A stretch of 64,000 nucleotides of DNA from Azolla caroliniana (lineage: Eukaryota > Plantae > Polypodiophyta): positions 15,562,001 through 15,626,000 of the forward strand of contig JBHGNT010000014.1 of assembly GCA_043228905.1 (NCBI GenBank). Reading direction: 5' to 3'. Below the pieces are notes generated by a model that was not told the origin of the DNA, made no database searches, and was given only the letters and a program-made list of their open reading frames with translations. Numbering within the stretch: position 1 is the first letter of the stretch; every line of letters begins with the position of its first letter. Both the position numbers and the translations under genes were made by a program. Shown one piece after another: positions 14,701-26,649 of this stretch.

Positions 14701-16563
14701 GCCCTTCCATTTCAAGTAATAGTGGTAAGTAAAGAAGGACAATTCCACATTCAAATACTCCATATACATTAGTTTAGATACTGTGATATCAAAATGTCCA
14801 AATAGAACAATTTGCCAATAGACATAAAGTGGTCATTACAGGTTCCATGTTGAGCTATAATGCTGAAAAACACTTCTATTACAACTTTGCATAACCACAT
14901 ATAATGTAAGGAACGTATGCCATACAAATATCTGCATCCTTACCATCAGGTAAATCATTGCCACAGTAGTTACGCATGCCTTTATTGTAAACAGTCCATA
15001 GAGATGTGCTTGTGCTTCCTGTTACGAAACCACGAACTGCCAAAGAGAGGAGACTAATATACATATCAGGTGTATAAAATCCTCAAGGTAGATACAATGC
15101 AGCCCTTACTAAGCAAATATACAGAAAGGAACGCACCCACAAACTCTACTGGAAAGACATCGCATCCAATAGCTATAGTAACATTGGGATCAGGAGCTGC
15201 TACAACAGCATTTGGAACGATATGTTTGGTCTTATCAAACCACCACAGGCTAGTCTGATTCAAAACCTACAGAAAAAAATGATTTTTTACAATGAAAGAA
15301 ATAAAAATTCCAATTGTATGAACAGAAGTTGGAATGTTTGAAACATGGAAATGGGGCCTCAATATAAGGAAATATAGACCATAAAAACTGGGCTAAGGAA
15401 AGACATAGCAACCTCCCAATCATTTGTCTATTAAAGTATTGTGTATTTAATACTTGCATTCCTTCAATGATTAGTGCATTGAAGCATGTGTATCATGGAA
15501 ATGACAACTCAATATAAGCACATATAGGTTATATAACTGGGTACAGGAAAATAGATAGAGACCTCCATATCATTTGTACATTTCAGCATTGTGTATTTGA
15601 TAGGTACATGAATTCCTCCAATGATTAGTGCATTGAAGCATGTGTATCATGGAAATGACAACTCGATATAAGTACATATTGGTTATAAAATTGGGTACAA
15701 AAAAATAGATAGCGACATCCATATCATTTGTACATTTCAGCATTGTGTATTTGATAGGTACATGCATTCCACCAATGTATATTTTATTTATGCACGCATT
15801 CCTCCATCCCCTCAAACAATTTGATCAATTCATGAGAAGCCAAATTCATTTTCTTACATCAATCAATGTTACCCAGTTCTTGGCAAATAACTTTTTAATG
15901 AGCCTAAAAAAAATGCATACCTGTCCTTTGAAAGGAACAGCAGCTAATACTCTATCAAATGCACTCAATCGATCCGTTGACACCAGGATTACATGATGGC
16001 CTGCCTCATATATATCTCTTACCTGTAAACAAAACCTTGTGGTATAGATTAATATCCCTTAATTAAATGATGTTTTATTTATCAACACCAAATAAGGGAT
16101 TCAAACACCAGAATGGTGACAGAAATCGCACATGAAAAAATCTAGGTTAAATGCCCATCATTTGTATATTTCCCTGTATACATTTCTGCAATCTGTGCTC
16201 ATTTCTCTTTTGTCTTCAATATTTGCAGCCTATGAGCAAATCTAGGACCAAATGTGATGCCCCTTTGATATATACACACATAGATGAACATACCTTGCCT
16301 GTGGAGGAGAGACGAAGGCCAGGTACGGTTTGGTGGAGATGAGTTTCCGAGAGGCAGTTGGGAATCTGACTCTCAATGACTTTGGCAGAAAGAGCGGAGC
16401 TTCTGAAGATACAGACGGATGTTCTTCTTCTTCCTCCTCCTCCTCCAATCCCTATTCCTCCCATTACTCCTCTGTTAAGATGACTTAGCTGAGAGACAGG
16501 TATAGGAAAGCTGGAGGAGGAGGACGAGGGAGCTGCCAGCGCCATCATTACCGCTGCCGCCAT
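2684..16563 (-). CDS. PUR7: Phosphoribosylaminoimidazole-succinocarboxamide (SAICAR) synthetase, plastid-targeted; 9 exons in window, 3' exons beyond the left edge
   Basis: Manually spliced exons 16563-16294, 16022-15921, 15266-15137, 15036-14944, 14703-14615, 3446-3366, 3266-3177, 2900-2811, 2734-2684, all with GT..AG borders and consistent phase. The translation has SAICAR synthetase motifs [49 protein letters not shown] and DKEFLRLW, after a Ser/Ala-rich transit peptide. Confidence 0.95.
2811..2900 (-). CDS. PUR7: PUR7 exon 8 ([10 protein letters not shown]...ENIDK)
   Basis: acag|GTT...AAG|gtaaaa. Confidence 0.93.
3177..3266 (-). CDS. PUR7: PUR7 exon 7 ([18 protein letters not shown]...LIDE)
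   Basis: tcag|CAA...GAG|gtaaag. Confidence 0.93.
3366..3446 (-). CDS. PUR7: PUR7 exon 6 (IVKKGLM...LFAFGQ)
   Basis: ttag|ATT...CAG|gtattt; follows an 11.2-kb intron. Confidence 0.9.
6918..11339 (+). mobile_element. Nested Ty1/copia element; LTRs 6918-7125 and 11132-11339, TSD GGCCT, integrase core deleted
   Basis: 208-bp LTRs with about 3 differences; TSD 6913-6917/11340-11344; PBS 7129-7140; PPT 11121-11131; frameshifted gag (CCHC knuckle), protease (WILDSGAS), RT and RH. Confidence 0.95.
7141..7372 (+). repeat. 24-bp tandem repeat (AGAGCAGAGTTTA(A/G)GGTTTTCTGC)n, ~9 copies, in the Copia 5' UTR
   Basis: Directly visible between the PBS and the gag start. Confidence 0.9.
14615..14703 (-). 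CDS. PUR7: PUR7 exon 5 (GLVKNQRL...PISGNE)
   Basis: aag|GG CTC...GAG|gtaacc; ILTPTTK motif. Confidence 0.9.
14944..15036 (-). CDS. PUR7: PUR7 exon 4 (VRGFVTGS...NDLPD)
   Basis: gcag|TT CGT...GAT G|gtaagg. Confidence 0.93.
15137..15266 (-). CDS. PUR7: PUR7 exon 3 ([10 protein letters not shown]...PVEFV)
   Basis: gtag|GTT...GTGG|gtgcgt. Confidence 0.93.
15437..15777. repeat. ~152-bp tandem duplication (~2.3 copies) in PUR7 intron 2
   Basis: CAATGATTAGTGCATTGAAGCATGTGTATCATGGAAATGACAACTC...CATATCATTTGTACATTTCAGCATTGTGTATTTG repeated. Confidence 0.85.
15921..16022 (-). CDS. PUR7: PUR7 exon 2 (VRDIYEAG...VPFKGQ)
   Basis: acag|GTA...CAG|gtatgc; 34 codons. Confidence 0.93.
16294..16563 (-). CDS. 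PUR7: PUR7 exon 1 (transit peptide to ...SSTGK)
   Basis: ATG at 16563; donor AAG|gtatgt; 90 codons. Confidence 0.9.
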
Positions 16564-16709
16564 CCGCTTACAAGCAAGCTATAGCTAAGTATCAGGATTC
16601 AGAACTAGACAGACACTACAGCAAGGAAGCAACACTATCACAAGGGGTACCTCCAGAAATAGAGAAAAGGGTAATTCTGATATTTCAGAGAAAACCATTA
16701 CAATGAGGA

Positions 16710-16880
16710 ATCGGCAACAGTTCGGTCTAGGCTTAACTGGGTTGGCCTTATCCAAACCAAACTGGTTTAGCCTAAACCGGTTTAGGGGTTCTCAAACCAG
16801 GACCAAACCAAACCAATCCCTAAACTGGTTTAGGCTTAATCGGTTTGGGAAACAGTTTGGCCCAAACCGGTTAAGCCGAT
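16710..16880. repeat. Cluster of AAACC(G)G/CCGGTTT motifs upstream of PUR7; probable DNA-transposon subterminal remnant
   Basis: Multiple AAACCG/CGGTTT/AACTGGTTT motifs in both orientations; no termini or TSD found. Confidence 0.4.
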
Positions 16881-18020
16881 ATAAATTGACAATCCGAAAA
16901 GATGAAAATTGTTTGTACATATATTTTCACAACGTTTAGATGCAAGACACATTGCATTTGTAAGATACATTGCATTCACGGCATTTAAATGCAAGACACA
17001 GATTACAATTAAAAGAGTTGTATGACACATTGCATTTGAGAAAAATGATGAGTTATCCTCAAAAATGCGAATTAGATTTCAAATATTCTCATCTTTACAA
17101 ACAGAAAAACAAGACAAATGTCTCTTAGTTTATGAAGAGGAAAACATAAGACACTCGAAATGACATACATCAGTATTCCAAAAATGTATTTCATATACAT
17201 AAGTACTCCAAAAATGCAAAAAGTCCGAGTACAAGTATATTAGTATTCCAAACTCTGAACATTTTCACTTGTCCAAGAAACATTACCATCTCTACTAGTG
17301 AAAGAACCATTACCATTGTCATATATATTTATATCAGATCATCACTTTGAGATGATGAATGCAAAATGTATCATGAAACCATCACACCACCGTATTTGAT
17401 TGTCTTTAGAGGACAACCACGATGGACCTACATATCACGAGTTATGATTTGCGTAGATGATGCCGTTTATATTCTTTGCAATCTTCTTTTCAGTAAAAAG
17501 CAAAAAGAGAACCATATCACAAGATGAAGATATTGGGCCATGTGTGATTTATAATGCGAAGACCCACAAGAAATCCTCACGTCACATATTATGATGATGC
17601 ACACACATAAATTTAATGTGGAATGTAATGGATGCATCGAGCGAAAGTATGTAAATTTTATTGTTATTACATGGAATACCAAACCAAACTCAGTTGTGAA
17701 CAAGTTGATTTTCCCCCATTGGTCATTCCTTGCATATTCTTTTCTCATATGGGGAAGTTAATAAAATTGCACTCACTAATAATTACATAACCCATTATCA
17801 CCGTTTTTCAAAGTCATGCTCCCTCAATCAACATTCTCAAACTTTGAATGAGATGATGCCACTTTATTCGCCATCCAATATAGGGTATGTAGCTTTTAGT
17901 TATCAATGTGGTTGTTCTTCCATCGTGACCTAAGTCATTGTCCTACAAACATGAATGTAGTCTTAAAATGTGTTTCAAAGTTCATCTCATTTGTTTCTTT
18001 AATTACAATGATTAAGACTG

Positions 18021-18345
18021 TTACATCTCCATCATGGTTGTGCCAAGGACAATAACTTTTCCTAGTAATCGTAGCTTATTAACCTCATCATTGATCTTTT
18101 TTCCGATGTCAAGAAACCTTCTATTTCCACGAGCCTTTAGAATAGAGATGAAAGCTACCACTTCTGGAACAAATCCCTCCACATACATTTGTTGGAAGTA
18201 GAGTAAAGCTTCGTCATCTAGCTTGTTTTGAACATATCCAGCAATCAAAGAATTCCATGATACCCATCAAAAACTTCTTGTGCTTTTTCCATATTGCCAC
18301 ACGTGGCATACATGTCCAACAAAGTTGTTTCAAACACAATGTTCT
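18021..18345 (-). pseudogene. PLS-class pentatricopeptide repeat (PPR) gene fragment
   Basis: DMYATCGNMEKAQEVFD / WNSLIAGYVQN...EALLYFQQM...ISILKA; frameshifted. Confidence 0.8.
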
Positions 18346-18369
18346 CTTCTAAATAGAATCATGAGTGAT

Positions 18370-18900
18370 GGTACCATGGTAAAGGCACAGAATGTATTCG
18401 ATAAGCTTCTAGTCATTAATCACATGGTATGTCCAATATGGTTCTGGCGATGAAGCTTTGAAATGCTTGGGTAGATACAAGATGAGGGCATTCACCCCAA
18501 CTCTATCACTTTCATTTTTGTTGCCAAAGCTTGTGCAAGCATACAATCTCTTGAAAACGGTGAAATGATTCATGACGAGATAGGCAAGTGGGGATTACTG
18601 GCAAAACTTGATGTTGTGCTTGGCACTGCATTAGTGGACATGTATGCCAAATGCGGGGCTCTTATAAAAGCACAAGAAGTGTTTGACAAAACTTTTGGAA
18701 CGGAATGTTATCACTTGGAATGCCCTTGTGGCTGGATATGCACAACATGATCTCGGTCATGAAGTCTTGAAACATTTTGATAAGATGCAAAGTGATGGCA
18801 TCTCTCTGAATGCGGTCACATTAATTTGTATATTTGAAAGCTTGTGGAAGCATAGGGTTTGCAGATACTACAAATGGGAGAACAGATGCATGCCAAGCCG
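18370..18900 (+). pseudogene. PLS-class PPR gene fragment
   Basis: VVLGTALVDMYAKCGALIKAQEVFD / RNVITWNALVAGYAQH; frameshifts and stops; truncated by the LINE. Confidence 0.85.
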
Positions 18901-18929
18901 AAAAGAAGAAGGAAGTAAAGAAGGAGTGT

Positions 18930-19070
18930 ACTTACTAGTAACTACTTGGTATGGTATGCCGTCGGGACTCAGTAGAAGGCGTGCAGGCTGCAGCTCAACA
19001 ATCGTAGGAGGTGCTATAAGAGGCGATCGTTGCTCCACAGAAGCCGTTGCCGTTCCATGTGCAGGCTCAA

Positions 19071-19124
<54 letters not shown>

Positions 19125-22100
19125 GAGGGGATATTAGAAACACACGAGTCGAAGGATTTCGTTGGGAGTCGGCTTTTAGACAAACCTCACGTCGATGCAC
19201 TACCAGGGAATCTGGAGGTGTCGCAATATTGTTTCGGAGAGAGCTACATAATAGGATAGAAATACTGAGCACAGACCCAGAAGCTCGTTTTATGTGGGTG
19301 AAAGTCTCCACAAGCAAGGACAAGGCAGTAATTTTCGCCATTTGTTACTTCCCCCCCAAAGGCTCTCGTTATAATCTGGCTGGCGAGGTGAGATTAGTTG
19401 ATGACGGAGTGCCACATGGGCCTTCCCCATATGAACCTCTATCGGATGACATAATCCGATATTCTTCCCAGGGCGAAGTATTCCTTGTAGGAGACTTTAA
19501 TGCGAGAACCCAATCCCGACAATGCACAATATTTCAAATGAATAGAAACCTAGAAATGGTAAATGTCGATCCTTCAGACATAGACACCACACGTAGATCA
19601 AAGGATCAAGGTGCAGACGCTACGAGCTTTGGCCATCATTTGCTCGAACTCGGTAGTCAGCACCAGATGGTCATATATAATTAATGGTTTAGCCAAGTGG
19701 CCAGGTTCGGAAGAGCTCACATGTTTCCCACATGGAGGAGGGGAAAGCACAATCGATTATCTAATAGGACGCCCTGAAGCTACCCACATGATTAACTCAT
19801 TCCGAGTGGCCCCATGTCCTATTAGCGCGGACCATAGTTTCTTATACTTCGAGATAAAATGCGATATCTCTAACGTCACCAACTCTAGTCAACCACGCCA
19901 TGACATCACAATACATTTCACACATGAGCTCTCTGACATATATGCTCGACATGTTCAAGCCCATCTCTCCTCCCTTGATCCCTCCCTACCTTTAGAGAGC
20001 CTTAGTACGAAACTCACACACATCCTTCATTCTGCAGTAGTTAGCAGTTTCCCATACACGAAACACTCCAATCAAGGTAAAGTAGGATCTATGCCACAAA
20101 ATAGATGGTATGATGAGGATTGTAGGTGCTTACATCGACAACTTACAATATCGCAACTCAGTGGTAGTATTACCTTAGTACAAGCTCGTAAAGAAATGCG
20201 CAAGATGACATGTCGTAAGAGACGAGCATGGGAGGCATCCCAATATTGGGAACTCTACCACATGCTCATGAGTAGCGATTGTGCCACTGCATGGAAGAGA
20301 TTACGGGAACCAAGACCACAAACACCCATCGAAGATCCCGAAACTTGGCACACTTATACAGAGAGACTTTACCACATCCCAAACCAACCACCCATTCCAA
20401 TGCCTTCTACACCCCGACCTACTGTGGGGACACTCTTCACGACCTCTAGGGTCACGAAGGTCATAAAGAAATTACAACATAGGAAGTCCATGGACCACAC
20501 AGGATTGCGAGCAGAACACATCATATACGCGAGAGAGTGCCTAGCTCCCTTGCTAACTCTAATCTTCAATCGTGCCCTCGCAGAGGGTTTTCCATCACAA
20601 TGGACCATGAACACAGTGGCCCCCATACATAAAGGGGGGGACCCCATGGACCCAAATACTTATAGGACCATTATGATAGGTCATACCCTTGCTAAATTAT
20701 ATGGTGCAGTAATGGAGGCAGAGCTTAGCGAGTATATGGAGACCTTAAATCTTCGTGCACCTGAATAAGCTAGCTTTAGACGAGCCTTCTCCACTATTGA
20801 CCATATCTTCACACTTAGATGCTTAATTGACCAGACTAAGGCTCGCAAGAAGAAACTATATTGTTGTTTTGTGGACTTCCGCAAAGCCTTTGACACGGTC
20901 CCTAGAGAGCGGTTGTTTGATAGGCTTTAGTGCTTGAGGATATCAGATGACATGGTTTGGGCCATCTACGCACTATATGAACAAGTGTCCGGGTGTGTTC
21001 GATGCCCAGGCGGCATATCCGATAGTTTCACTAGCACTATTGGTGTAAAACAAGGTTGCCCCTTATCTCCGACTCTTTTTGGGATCTACATTGATGAGAT
21101 CACAGATTTTATTGCTCGTAAGGGAGGCAATGGAGTAGTCCTTGGGGATACGCAGGTGCGTATCTTGCTCTATGCAGACAACATAGTTTTGCTCTCTGAA
21201 TCTGAACACGACCTACAAAGGCACCTTAATGCCTTAGATGACTTTTGCACACAACGAGGATTGGTAGTGAATCTAGGGAAAACTAAAGTCCTTATCTTCC
21301 ACACGTCGGCCCAAGTTAGAGCTAAGTGTCACCTAACTATCTCCCATAGCCCAGTTGAGGTGGTTGGATCATATGTCTATCTCGGAGTCACTTTCAGTGC
21401 CCGCTCAGGTAAATTTTCGATGACACAAGCAACGAAGGATAGACTTACAAGAGGACATGCATCCCTCTCACTCCTCGAGAGACAATGCCACCAAGCATAC
21501 TTCCAAGAGCCACGAACTAAAGGGTGGCTCTTTGACTCATTAGTGACTCCCTCTCTCATGTATGCATAAGCGGTTTGGGCCCCAGGACTACCATCTTTCA
21601 TGTGGAAGCAATTAGAGAGACCATTGGTGATGATGTTATCACGCCAACTCTGAAGCAAATCGTCGGTCCCACATGACATTATTAGGGTTGAGTTCACTCT
21701 ACCCCCTATGTTAGTAGAAGCACTTTTTCAACTGGTAGTCTTTATACACAGGATACATAACCAACCACTTGATAGAATATCCCACCAAGCCTTTAAGGCT
21801 TCTCGAGCACTGTATGAGTCCGGCTATACTAGCTCATGGTATGGCATGATGGTGAGTTGGCTTCTTGCCAACGGTCTAGACATTACTAACCTCCCCCCCT
21901 TTAAGTACGACCACACGACTGATAACACTTTAATCTCTCATGAGGACCGTAATAAAGTAATACGCCAAGAAATATGGCAAATTTATACTCGGTATAAATG
22001 GATCACCCCACTAGAGCCACTCCCATCTAAAATGTCGTACTATAAGGAACACTTTATGCACTTCTCTGAGTTAGGTTTTATCACGTGCCCAAAATATCTA

Positions 22101-22412
22101 GATGTATTCTTACCACATGCACTAAGGGTTGCCATTGGTCAACTTAGAATATCATCTCACCAACTTGAGATTGAGAATGGACGTACTAATGGAGTCCCTA
22201 GGGAGGAAAGGATATGTAGGTTATGCCACATAGAGGTAGAGGATGAGTACCATTTTACATGCAAATGCCCCACCTATTTTCTTTTATTTTAGTTTTGATG
22301 ATTGGATAAACACTCATTTTTGTTGTAACCTATTTGTCTCATGGGCCAAATTTGGCCTTAGAAGACGTTAATATATCTTTCTTTCTTCTTCTTTCTTTCT
22401 TTCTTTCTCTCT
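18930..22412 (+). mobile_element. LINE (RTE/RTE-X-like): APE endonuclease + RT + C-terminal Cys/His finger, degenerate, ORF1 missing
   Basis: VGDFNART, STIDY, SDH-like (ADH); YRTI, FVDFRKAFDTV, GVKQGCPLSPTLF, LLYADN, YVYLG; RICRLC..EVEDEYHF..CP; (TTTC)n tail. The clade call is from motif memory, not a search. Confidence 0.85.
19073..19122 (+). repeat. (CT)n microsatellite; others at ~33059-33098, 33640-33720 and 35304-35360
   Basis: Directly visible. Confidence 0.95.
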
Positions 22413-22420
22413 GTGGGTAT

Positions 22421-23358
22421 CATAGAACGTAATGTTCGTGTTCGTGCAAGCTTTCAAACGTTTGAAAAGGGAAAAATATGTGTTCCTTTTTTTGTTCTTC
22501 TTTTTCATGTGTTTATCACAAATTTAGGTCATCCTAGTGGTAACGACACACACTATTGTTGTCTACGTCTTGGGTTTGAGTCCCAATTTTCTAATCTCTC
22601 TCTTGTTAGTACGCCATAGCAAAATTTTATGTTAGTTTTTTCGTTTTTTTTCATTTTTTGTTATTAGAAATGAGCTTAACCTAGTGGTAAGATGCCATGC
22701 TATTATTGCTTGTGTCTTGAGTTAAATTCCCAACTTTCTCATATCCTCTTGTTATTGTCATGTTACTTTTTTTTTCTTTGTTTGTTATTAGAAATTAGCT
22801 CACCCTAATGGTAAATTTTTATTCTACTACTGCCTATGTCATGTTTTCTTCATATTCTCAAATATACGTTTTATGAGTTTTTGATCGTTTCTTTTTTCTT
22901 CTTTTTCTTTCTTTCTTTTTTATTAGAAATTAACTCACCCTAGTGATAAGTTGTTATGTTACTATTGCCTATGTCATATTTTCTTCATATTCTCGAATAT
23001 ATGTTTTATGAGTTTTTGAACATTTGATTATAATTTATAATCACATATTTTGATTCAATCTCTATAGTTCATACTCCTTTTTTAGTAAAGTTCTAAAGTG
23101 AGGATGATAGAGATGTCTTGATTCTTAAGAAGCATCCCAAAAGTATGCATGTGATGCAATATTATGCAATATATTGCAACCATACTTATGTTCGTGGTTC
23201 ACAATGGATTAGAGTCCACTTATTGGGATTGAGAGTGAATCAATATATAATATAGACCATAGTCAATCCAATCCAACTTTGAGATGATTTACCATACACG
23301 TTTGATTGAATCATTCTCGAATGCGAATGCACGTATGATACACATGGTTCATTCTATG
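22421..23358. mobile_element. Non-autonomous DNA transposon (MITE), copy 1; termini CATAGAA...TTCTATG
   Basis: 7-bp terminal inverted repeat; flanks GTGGGTAT/CTTGGTAT (6/8 match); homologous in inverted orientation to 26650-32390. Confidence 0.7.
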
Positions 23359-26175
23359 CTTGGTATGATGAGGAATGTCGTAATACAAGGAGATGCTTGC
23401 AACGTGATGTAACTCGGGGCATTTATACACACAACCAAGCGAGAGCAACCTTCCAATGCCTCGTAAGGAAGAAGAAGAGATTGTATTTGGCTAAATTTGA
23501 AGATCATTTGTATTGCTTGTTTCTAGGACGAGAGAGTAAAAGAGCATGGAAAATGTTTAATGAGAGGCAACCCACCACACAACTGACCTCACCTCAGGTG
23601 TGGCATGAATATGCAAAGGTCCTATATGATATCCCAAGGCAACCTCCTCTTCCCCACCCGAATGCCTCACACCCACATGAATCAACCTTCTTTACACCAC
23701 AAAATGTAAGAAAGGCCATTGATCGGCTACAATTTGGGAAGGCCCAAGATCATGATGGATTGGTGGGTGAACACTTTATCTATGCCCGTGACACCTTGCT
23801 CCCATTGCTAGCACACATCTTTAATAGAGCCGTGTGTGAAGGTTTTCCTACTAGATGGACTCAGCATACCATTGTGCCAATCCTCAAGAGTGGAGACCCC
23901 ATGATGCCAAGCAACTATAGGACAATCATGATTGGCCATTACTTGGCTAAACTATATGGCTCGATTCTAGAATCAAAATTGAGTATATGGGCAGAGCAAA
24001 ATGGTTGTCGTTCAATTGGACAGGCAGGCTTTCAGAAGGGGTTCACAACTTTGGATCACATATTCACGCTCTGGGCCCTTATTGAGGAGGGCAAAGCTCA
24101 CAATAAGAGGATTTATTGCTGCTTTGCCTTTGACATTGTGCCACGTGCTCGGCTTATGCAGTGGCTAGAAGCCCTTGGTGTTCCTATAGATATGCAATGG
24201 GGAATCTATGCACTCTATGAATCTGTGTCAGGAAAAGTTCAATCTCCTGAGGGCTTGTCAGAGGCGGTGGCTAGCACAATTGTTGTGAAGCAAGGATGCC
24301 CACTATCCCCCACACTCTTCGGTCTCTATATAGATGAGGTATCACAATACATAGAGAGATTTGGTGGTTCCGAAGCACACCTAGCAGGTATAGCTATACA
24401 GATATTACTATATGTTGATGATATTGTGCTGATTTCTGACTCTTCGGAGGGACTACAAAGACATCTAAATGCCTTAACACTATTTTGTACAGACAAAGGT
24501 TTGTCAATCAACATGAATAAAACTAAAGTGATGGTGTTTAACACCACCCAAGCATGGGTAACAAGATCAGAACCAGAATTCTTCTTGGGAGAGGAAAAGG
24601 TGGAATACACACGCTCCTACACATACCTAGGAGTAACATTTACAGGACCTAGGTTCTCCTTATAAGAGGCCGCTTGTGCCCGACTTTCTCGTGGATATGC
24701 AGCCCTTGGTGCTCTCGAGAGACAATGTGCACATTTGCAGTTCCAAGAGCCACGGACTAAGCTATGGTTATTTGATACACTTGTCACACCAACTCTTCTC
24801 TATGGAGTAGAGACATGGGGACCGAGTCTTACCAAGGCAAATCATTGGAAAGATTTAGAGAGACCTTTAGTGTCAATGATTGCTCGCATGATAAGGAGCA
24901 AAGCATCGGTGCCCCACGATATAATCCGTGCAGAGATGGGAGCAACACCTATAATAACCGAGGCATTGTCCCGATCAGTGACATTTATCCAATGTCCTTG
25001 GCAGCTCCCTAAATGAAGGTACCTAAGGTTGGCACTTATGTCATCAAGACAACTGGTTGAAAATGGAGACACTCATTGTTGGTATGCTGAAATGCAGCAA
25101 TGGTTCGAGTAACATGGCATGAGTATAAATGCACTACCCCTGTTCCAATATAGCTTGGACTGTCCCCATCTCAATATGACCAAAGTGGAAAAGAATAGAG
25201 TGATCCGAATGGATATTATTAACTTAGAAAACAAGATAACATGGATCAGCCCCAAAATACCACTTGGTACAAAGATGGCCCACTATAAGACACACTTCTT
25301 ACATGCATCAGAGGATGGATTTGTCATCAGGCCACCTTATATGGACATACATCTATCCTATGCGATGCGTAGTGTGATAGGGTAGCTGTGAACTTCATCA
25401 CATCAGCTACAGATTGAGGTAGGTAGATATACACGACTACCTCTAGAAGAGAGAATTTGCCAATTGTGTCATCAAGGACTGGAATCTGAAGAATTGTAAT
25501 GTCTTTTATGAAATTAGAGGGAGATACCATTTAAACAAGGCTTTGGCCCACTACGCAAGGTAATGGAATATGAGGACCAACGATGCCTAGGACTTTTCTT
25601 GCTCGAGCTCAAGAGACATCGGGAAAAGTTGTTGAAGAATACAACCACACAAGCTCATCCACAAAGAACAATCACAACTTTCTTTAGCTCCATCACTCCT
25701 AATGCTAGAAGTCAACCCCAGGATACAGAAATGGGATCCAGACTAGGATATAACAAAGGGGTTACAATTGATCGGGCAATGGCAATTTGCCATGCACGTA
25801 GGCCCCGGCCCCATGGAGCACGACCTCGACACCCTTGTCATCGATAGATAAAAGCCATTATCTCCCGCCATCGTAGGTGCTTCCCTCGCTTCGGAGACAT
25901 TTCCATTTTGGATCGACCTATGATAGAGATCTTTTGAAGACAAGCTATAATATACCTAACTTGAGAATCTCACATGTGCCAAAAACCAGATTCTCTGGTC
26001 TCTTTTCTTTTCATCTTATTTACTTTTATATTTATTGTGTAATATTTACTTTATTTTGATTTGTTCTCAAAGATGAGAAAAAAATTAAGATGTAATATCT
26101 TATTTGGTCTTATAGGCCATTTTGGCCTCTTAAAAGACGTTAATATATATTTCTTTCATCTTTCTTTCTCTCTCT
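23359..26175 (+). mobile_element. 5'-truncated LINE (RTE/RTE-X-like) with RT and 3' end
   Basis: WYDEECR, YRTIMIG, QGCPLSPTLF, LLYVDD, YTYLG; degenerate Cys finger; (TTTC) tail. Confidence 0.88.
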
Positions 26176-26649
26176 CGTTACTAAACATCACATACTGAGA
26201 ATTTTCTTCTGATGCTCGATTGATCTCGGCGAGAACATTGTTGTGAAAATCCGTCACTTTGTGCGGATCATGAGGCGGAACGACCAAGGTTATGGACCGG
26301 AAGGAATTCGGGCTCACACGCACTGAACGAGGAAGGCACGAATATATCAAACGTGTTCGTGTAAAAGGAGAGGTGCACAGGCAAAGCCCAAAATCAACCC
26401 CTAGTCACAAGGCGACAAATTTAATTCCTCTAACTTTTGTCTACTTTTGAAAAACCACCTTCGTGAAAGGAGAGGTACATGGGGCAAGTCTGAACGCTCC
26501 CTTATCACAAGAAGCCACATGACCACACACAAGGAAAATGCTTGTATACACACATGAAAGACAAAGCGCTCGTTGCTTTGACAAATTGAGGTGCTCGTTG
26601 TTAAGGCTCTCTCTCTCTTTCCCTCCCTCTCCCTTTCATAGGTCATATT

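Noticed and set aside
18683-19684. 333-aa PPR-endonuclease fusion protein
   Set aside because: Chance read-through across a PPR relic, a (CT)n tract and a broken LINE endonuclease; both parts are pseudogenic
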